From: Vulcanisaeta distributa DSM 14429
Lineage (GTDB): Archaea; Thermoproteota; Thermoprotei; Thermoproteales; Thermocladiaceae
Length of the DNA stretch: 32,000 nt
Assembly (NCBI RefSeq): GCF_000148385.1
Contig: NC_014537.1
Coordinates: 1,770,001-1,802,000 of the forward strand
Direction: 5' to 3'
Shown here: piece after piece, positions 27,457 to 32,000 of the stretch
Numbering within the stretch: the first letter of the stretch is position 1
Layout of the letters: every line of letters starts with the position of its first letter
The notes under the pieces: model-generated
Told to the model about the DNA's origin: nothing
Seen by the model: the letters and a program-made list of their open reading frames with translations, nothing else
Databases searched by the model: none
Made by a program: the position numbers and the translations under genes

Positions 27457-28556
27457 GTACCACCTGGTTCGGCAGTCCTTAGGAATTCCTCGAAGTATTG
27501 GTTAAGGTATTGAGTGGCGTTAACGCCAGCGAAGGCGCTAGGGTATACCTGGCTAGCTATGTATAACGAGACTATTAACTGCGGCGGCCCCTCGGTTAGG
27601 TAGCCGGGTATCACGATGACCCTGCCGTACTTAACGGCATTAGTCGCATTGAGTATTGGGTTGCTCCTTATTGAGTTAATTATTGATTCGCAGTAGGCCG
27701 TGGTGTTCAGTGAATGCGGGTTTAAACTCCACGTCACTGCGATTATGACGTCTGGGTTACATTGGAGCACGGCACTAGGCTCAACCTGCATTGACTTATT
27801 GAAGCATGGCTGTAGGCCGGCATTGACGGCCGCCCAATACGGGTCTCCAGAGGGGCCTGATGTGAACCATAAGCTGTATTCGTAATCGAAGATTACGTAG
27901 GCCTTATACCTGGTGGGAACTTTACTCAAGCCCCTCTGCAATACCTGGTGCACATTGTTAATGAAGTCGATTAGTTTCACGGCATTGCCAGTGTGGTTGG
28001 TGATTAGCCCGAGGAGGTATATGAATGATGATAGGTTATCCTGAGGTCCATAACCAATCACTGGAATGCCAAATGGGCTTAGCTTACCTCTTACTGTTTG
28101 GACACCGTAGCTCCACTCTATGACTAGGTTGGGCTTTAGGTTAATTATCTCCTCGTAATTCCATGACCACATTCCTTGACTCACGGCCGGTAGTGTCGTT
28201 AAGTTCCCAAAGAGCCAGGGAAGCTCCTTAGCGTAGCCCTCAATACCCACCACCGTGTTTCCAGCCCCTATATCGATTAGTATCTGCATGGCGACGGTGT
28301 TGTCGGCCACGATTCTCTTGACGGGTATTTTCATGGTTACGTTAGACCCATAATTCTCAACAGTAATGGAGGTACCATTGTAACTAACGATTTCGAAATT
28401 GGGCGATGAGTAATAGACGTAAGAGGCGACTCGGGTTACAGACTTATGCGCACTCCACTCATACAGTGTTATTGTCGCTATAAGGGCTATTGCCACCACT
28501 ATTATTGTGAGTAATGCTGCAGTTACCTTACCCATCCTCGACATGACGCCCGACAT
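27438..28556 (-). CDS. Membrane-anchored class III substrate-binding protein (BtuF/FhuD-like)
   Basis: An N-terminal hydrophobic anchor, then a periplasmic-binding-protein pattern (VVGIEGY...LKPNLVIEW...PDVIIA). I prefer the ATG at 28556 over the GTG at 28559, because it reproduces the operator-to-ATG spacing seen at cbiZ. Confidence 0.75.
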   Translation of the reverse strand: MSGVMSRMGKVTAALLTIIVVAIALIATITLYEWSAHKSVTRVASYVYYSSPNFEIVSYNGTSITVENYGSNVTMKIPVKRIVADNTVAMQILIDIGAGNTVVGIEGYAKELPWLFGNLTTLPAVSQGMWSWNYEEIINLKPNLVIEWSYGVQTVRGKLSPFGIPVIGYGPQDNLSSFIYLLGLITNHTGNAVKLIDFINNVHQVLQRGLSKVPTRYKAYVIFDYEYSLWFTSGPSGDPYWAAVNAGLQPCFNKSMQVEPSAVLQCNPDVIIAVTWSLNPHSLNTTAYCESIINSIRSNPILNATNAVKYGRVIVIPGYLTEGPPQLIVSLYIASQVYPSAFAGVNATQYLNQYFEEFLRTAEPGGTWWCSG

Positions 28557-28563
28557 CACGTAG

Positions 28564-28587
28564 TAGGATAAGCATCCTATTTAAAAG
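28564..28587 (-). promoter_or_regulatory. Importer/chelatase operon promoter: TATA element plus the 16-bp palindrome TAGGATGCTTATCCTA (putative operator)
   Basis: The sense strand reads CTTTTAAA-TAGGATGCTTATCCTA-CTACGTG-ATG. The palindrome is at 28564-28579, 7 nt from the ATG at 28556. Confidence 0.6.
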
Positions 28588-29114
28588 CCCTTCCATTCGC
28601 AGAATTTTTATCAATTATATCACCGTAAATTTACTCCTTAATTTACAGCAGTCATTTCGAGCGACTAATCCATGATTGCAACCTCAGCATGTAAAGTGTT
28701 TGTGGGCTTATTGAACTGTTAATGCTAGAAAATGACTTGCGTTGTTCATTGTGTAATTAATAATTAGGTTTGGTCCTTAATCATTACTGAGCTTTATAAC
28801 TACCATACGGCTGTTAGGCCTGTTTTTCAATGCTCTGGTTTCTGGGTTAATTATGATACGTCGATTAGTAGGTCGTTAATTATCTCTGTGACTACGTAAC
28901 CCTCCCCACCATATAGGCTTAATTTAGCATACAATAAGCTAAACTTAATGATTCCCCCAAGTGATCTTGTGCTTATTAGTACATCACCTCATTAAGCTTG
29001 CATCCGCAAGGCTCTGAACCAACTCCATTTATCTCGGCTTTAGCTAATGCCATGTTCACGTTTTTACTTATTACAATGACATGTATTGAGCTTTTCATGC
29101 CTTAGTCCACCGTT

Positions 29115-29915
29115 TTACTCGGTGTCTACGCTGTTAATCTTAGGCTTTGGTCTAAAGCTGTGGGTGTGCCTTGGGTCGTAGACGCTCGATCTTACCGGCG
29201 TGTCCAGGATGGACGGGTCTGCGGCCTTACCCACTATTATCACGGAGTCCTTGGTTATCCTAGCCCTCTTGACCTTCTCGGCGATGTCGGACAGTGTTCC
29301 CCTAATTATCACTTGGTCGGGCCACGTCGCCTTGTAAACCACCGCGACTGGCGTATCATCGGGCACGCCGGCCTCCCTCAACTCCTTAACCACCTTATCG
29401 ATTAGGTGAACACCGGTGTATATGGCCATCGTCGCGCCTATGAGCATTGCCTTGGCGAAGTCCTTTATTGAGCCCTGCATCGGCACCCTAGCCGAGGCCC
29501 TGGTTATGATTAGGGTCTGGGCAACCTTGGGTAGGGTTAACTCAATGCCCAGCACGGCGGCCGCGGCCAACGCCGCGGTGACCCCAGGCACCACCTCATA
29601 CGGTATGCCGGCCTCCCTAAGCGCGATGATCTCCTCAAGTAGCGCGCCGTATATACTCGCATCACCCGACTTAAGCCTAACCACCAGCTTACCCTCCCTG
29701 GCCCTGGTAATCATTATGTCCACGATCTCCTCAAGCGTCATTGAAGCACTATTATGAATCTCCGCGCCTGGCCTAGCCCACCTAAGCACCTCCGGATTTA
29801 CCAGGGAGCCCGCGTAAATAACTACGTCGGCCTGCTGCAGGTACTTCATACCCTTCACGGTAATGAGTTCCGGATCACCAGGCCCGGCCCCAACGAAGAC
29901 CACCTTCCCAACCAT
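29115..29915 (-). CDS. cbiF: Cobalt-precorrin-4 / precorrin-4 C11-methyltransferase
   Basis: VVFVGAGPGDPELITVKG...ADVVIYAGSLV is the CbiF/CobM signature. Confidence 0.85.
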   Translation of the reverse strand: MVGKVVFVGAGPGDPELITVKGMKYLQQADVVIYAGSLVNPEVLRWARPGAEIHNSASMTLEEIVDIMITRAREGKLVVRLKSGDASIYGALLEEIIALREAGIPYEVVPGVTAALAAAAVLGIELTLPKVAQTLIITRASARVPMQGSIKDFAKAMLIGATMAIYTGVHLIDKVVKELREAGVPDDTPVAVVYKATWPDQVIIRGTLSDIAEKVKRARITKDSVIIVGKAADPSILDTPVRSSVYDPRHTHSFRPKPKINSVDTE

Positions 29916-29920
29916 CGATG

Positions 29921-29945
29921 TAGGATCATTATCCTACTTATAAAT
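29921..29945 (-). promoter_or_regulatory. cbiF internal promoter: TATA element plus the 16-bp palindrome TAGGATAATGATCCTA (putative operator)
   Basis: The sense strand reads ATTTATAAG-TAGGATAATGATCCTA-CATCG-ATG. The palindrome (29921-29936) overlaps the cbiL stop codon. Confidence 0.55.
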
Positions 29946-30644
29946 CCTTCTAGCTATGACTAGTGAGAAGTAGTCCCTAGGCAACTCACCACTTGGTTCA
30001 TTAATTATTAACTCACCATCCATATAGCACCGCCTGGCGTAGGTCACGGAATACCCATAATTCCTAAGTAGCGAGGCGACCCTGCCCATGTCCGCGTTCC
30101 CCTTGAGTATTATTATCGTGTCGGCAAAGCCCATAGCCCTCATTAAGCCCTCGATGTCGTCACCCACGAGTATGACTATCGACTCATCACCAACCGCTAA
30201 ATTAACACCGGCCCTGGCAGCGCACGCCATTATTGAGGAGACCCCAGGCACAATTATGGGTTCGTAATCGCAGTCAATGAATGGCTTAATCCTATAGAAG
30301 GTACTGTATAGAGATGGGTCACCAAGTACCACAAATGCCGCACTACCATACCTACGTAACCCATCGCATATGGCCCTGGCATTCCCCATTAATACCTCCT
30401 TACTTGGTTCCTTAATCATGGGAAAACCGAGGAACACCACCTGGGTGTCTGGGTCAATGTACTTACTGACTATGGTGTACGCCAAACTCCTATTGCTGCT
30501 GGTGGAGTAGGGTATGAACACAAGCTTAACTTTACGAAGTACCTCGGCACCCATGACCGTGATTAATCCTGGATCGCCAGGCCCCAACCCAATGACGTAT
30601 AGCTTAGGCACTTCATTACTAAGCTCTTTGCCCACTCTGATCAC
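29934..30644 (-). CDS. cbiL: Cobalt-factor II / precorrin-2 C20-methyltransferase
   Basis: LYVIGLGPGDPGLITVMG..., the FPM motif (FLGFPMIKE) and GDPSLYSTF are typical of CbiL/CobI. Confidence 0.8.
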   Translation of the reverse strand: MIRVGKELSNEVPKLYVIGLGPGDPGLITVMGAEVLRKVKLVFIPYSTSSNRSLAYTIVSKYIDPDTQVVFLGFPMIKEPSKEVLMGNARAICDGLRRYGSAAFVVLGDPSLYSTFYRIKPFIDCDYEPIIVPGVSSIMACAARAGVNLAVGDESIVILVGDDIEGLMRAMGFADTIIILKGNADMGRVASLLRNYGYSVTYARRCYMDGELIINEPSGELPRDYFSLVIARRIYK

Positions 30645-31330
30645 CGCTGCTTAATGGCATCCTTAATGCTTACCACCGAGGATACCCGCCCACACATATT
30701 CTTCTCGCCAGCTATTATGAATATTGGGTTTCTCGAGAGCATTACGGTGCCAACGCCAGTCCTCAGGCCCTTGGCTATAACGACTTCTGTGACCTCCACG
30801 TTCACGAAGCCTAACTCGGCCATGGTCGCCAGGGCCAGCGATGCGTTCTCCAGGGTTATTGCATCAATTACTAGGCGGCCGCCCACGCTTAATTTACCAC
30901 GCACGCCCACGATTATGTCCCTCAACTTACCACCACTACCACCTACGAACGCGGCATCCACCTCACCAGGCACTTGATTTAATGCCTCAGGTGCCTCACC
31001 ATGTATGACAATGACCCTATCACTCACACCAAACCTAATGGCGTTCCTCCGCGTGAGTTCCACGGCATTTTCATCACTATCAATGGCGTAAACGAGGCCT
31101 CTCCTCGCCATTAAGGCAGCCTCCACAGTCACTGAACCTGTTCCCGAACCTATGTCCAGCACCCTCGAGTCCTCCCTCAGCCTAAGCTTCGAAATCACTA
31201 ACGCCCTAACCTCCTCCTTAGTCATTGGGATTCCCTCGACACGTTCAAATAATTCGTCAGGTATTCCAGGGGTTACGTACCGCCAGAGGGGATTACTCAT
31301 GGTCGCCAACCCTCGCGAGTACCTCACCAT
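30641..31330 (-). CDS. cbiT: Cobalt-precorrin-6B C15-methyltransferase (decarboxylating)
   Basis: PMTKEEVRALVISKL...VLDIGSGTGSVTVEAA is the CbiT pattern. An alternative start ATG is at 31300 (MSNPLW). Confidence 0.8.
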   Translation of the reverse strand: MVRYSRGLATMSNPLWRYVTPGIPDELFERVEGIPMTKEEVRALVISKLRLREDSRVLDIGSGTGSVTVEAALMARRGLVYAIDSDENAVELTRRNAIRFGVSDRVIVIHGEAPEALNQVPGEVDAAFVGGSGGKLRDIIVGVRGKLSVGGRLVIDAITLENASLALATMAELGFVNVEVTEVVIAKGLRTGVGTVMLSRNPIFIIAGEKNMCGRVSSVVSIKDAIKQR

Positions 31331-32000
31331 TATCGCTAAATATCACAATCTCGAGGGAAGCATTGCCCAGCTTCCTTAACCTGGTAAGTGCCCTCTCGGC
31401 TATTATCCCCATAACCTTACCCGCGGCATTGCCTAGGTAATGCAAGGCCTCGCCGACCGTTTTAGAGGAGGCTATCCTACGTAGGGTCTCACCATTAATC
31501 CCAGCCATTACTGCGGCCCAGGTGATTGTCTCGATTCTCGCATCACCAACTGAGCTGTGCGTGTTTAGTAAACCGGCCGCGAGCTTAACGGCCTTCCCTG
31601 GCAACAACGCCACGACTACCTTACGGAAGCCCAGCCCAATGGCCTCCCTAACCGAGGCGCCTACTAAATCGCCGACCTTGACCACAGATAGGTCGTAAAT
31701 GGCCTTGGCGAAGTTAACAGCCCTATTGCCTGAGGCGATCACCACACCATCACCATCCCTCCTCAAAGCCATTAATTGAGCCTTTATGTGTTGGATGAAG
31801 GATTCATCACTTACGGGCCACTCGATACCCATCGTCCCGAGTATGGATATGCCACCGATTATACCGACATCCTCATTCATCGTGAACCTAGCCAACTCCT
31901 CACCGTTGGGCACCTCAATGATTACCTCAACACCCGAGCTTACGACTTCCCTAACCGCATTCTCAATCATGAGCTTAGCCGTGGGGCTAATGGCCGACTC
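31293..32000 (-). CDS. cbiD: Cobalt-precorrin-5B C1-methyltransferase, 3' part; the gene continues beyond the right edge
   Basis: The frame stays open to base 32000. The block VGIIGGISILGTMGI matches the CbiD GGxSILGTTGI motif. Confidence 0.75.
   Translation of the reverse strand, partial: ESAISPTAKLMIENAVREVVSSGVEVIIEVPNGEELARFTMNEDVGIIGGISILGTMGIEWPVSDESFIQHIKAQLMALRRDGDGVVIASGNRAVNFAKAIYDLSVVKVGDLVGASVREAIGLGFRKVVVALLPGKAVKLAAGLLNTHSSVGDARIETITWAAVMAGINGETLRRIASSKTVGEALHYLGNAAGKVMGIIAERALTRLRKLGNASLEIVIFSDNGEVLARVGDHE

Noticed and set aside
28560-29114. Possible cobalamin riboswitch upstream of the importer operon
   Set aside because: I could not find the conserved B12-box-like core or the multi-stem architecture. 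The promoter geometry indicates a leaderless mRNA with no 5' UTR to house a riboswitch.
1-32000. CRISPR arrays, rRNA genes, transposases or integrases, and tandem repeats
   Set aside because: I saw no regularly spaced direct repeats, no rRNA-like segments, and no transposase or integrase signatures in any listed ORF.

Overview
The window looks like archaeal, most likely crenarchaeal, chromosome. Supporting signs are topoisomerase VI subunit B, Cbf5, QueC, TATA boxes about 26 nt upstream of start codons (leaderless-type promoters), and a tRNA with a non-canonical intron; I cannot name the species. The left two thirds (1-18.3 kb) hold housekeeping and miscellaneous genes. These are a ferredoxin-domain gene fragment, a class V aminotransferase, queC, an MmgE/PrpD protein, top6B, a DUF123 protein, cbf5, a radical SAM/SPASM gene with a GNAT gene, a PfpI/DJ-1 protein, an FAH hydrolase, an MBL hydrolase, tRNA-Leu(GAG) and an ABC-2 exporter pair. 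The right third (18.3-32 kb, all on the minus strand) is a cobalamin island ordered cbiD-cbiT-cbiL | cbiF | BtuF/C/D-like importer, fused ChlI-ChlD, CobN, unknown permease | cbiZ. The most notable observation is a 16-bp palindrome, TAGGAT-N4-ATCCTA, found three times. Each copy lies between a TATA box and the start codon of a cobalamin transcription unit, which suggests an uncharacterised protein-operator B12 regulon. Other items to follow up:
- a candidate C/D box sRNA between cbf5 and the radical SAM gene
- a 19-nt non-canonical intron in tRNA-Leu
- an orphan 533-aa protein with a LAGLIDADG-like core
- a frameshifted glutaredoxin-like pseudogene
- small Cys-containing ORFs flanking the rSAM/SPASM-GNAT pair
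- a 550-bp non-coding gap inside the B12 island
No CRISPR array, rRNA gene or recognisable transposase was seen. All calls rest on reading the sequence and motifs by eye; no database search was run.
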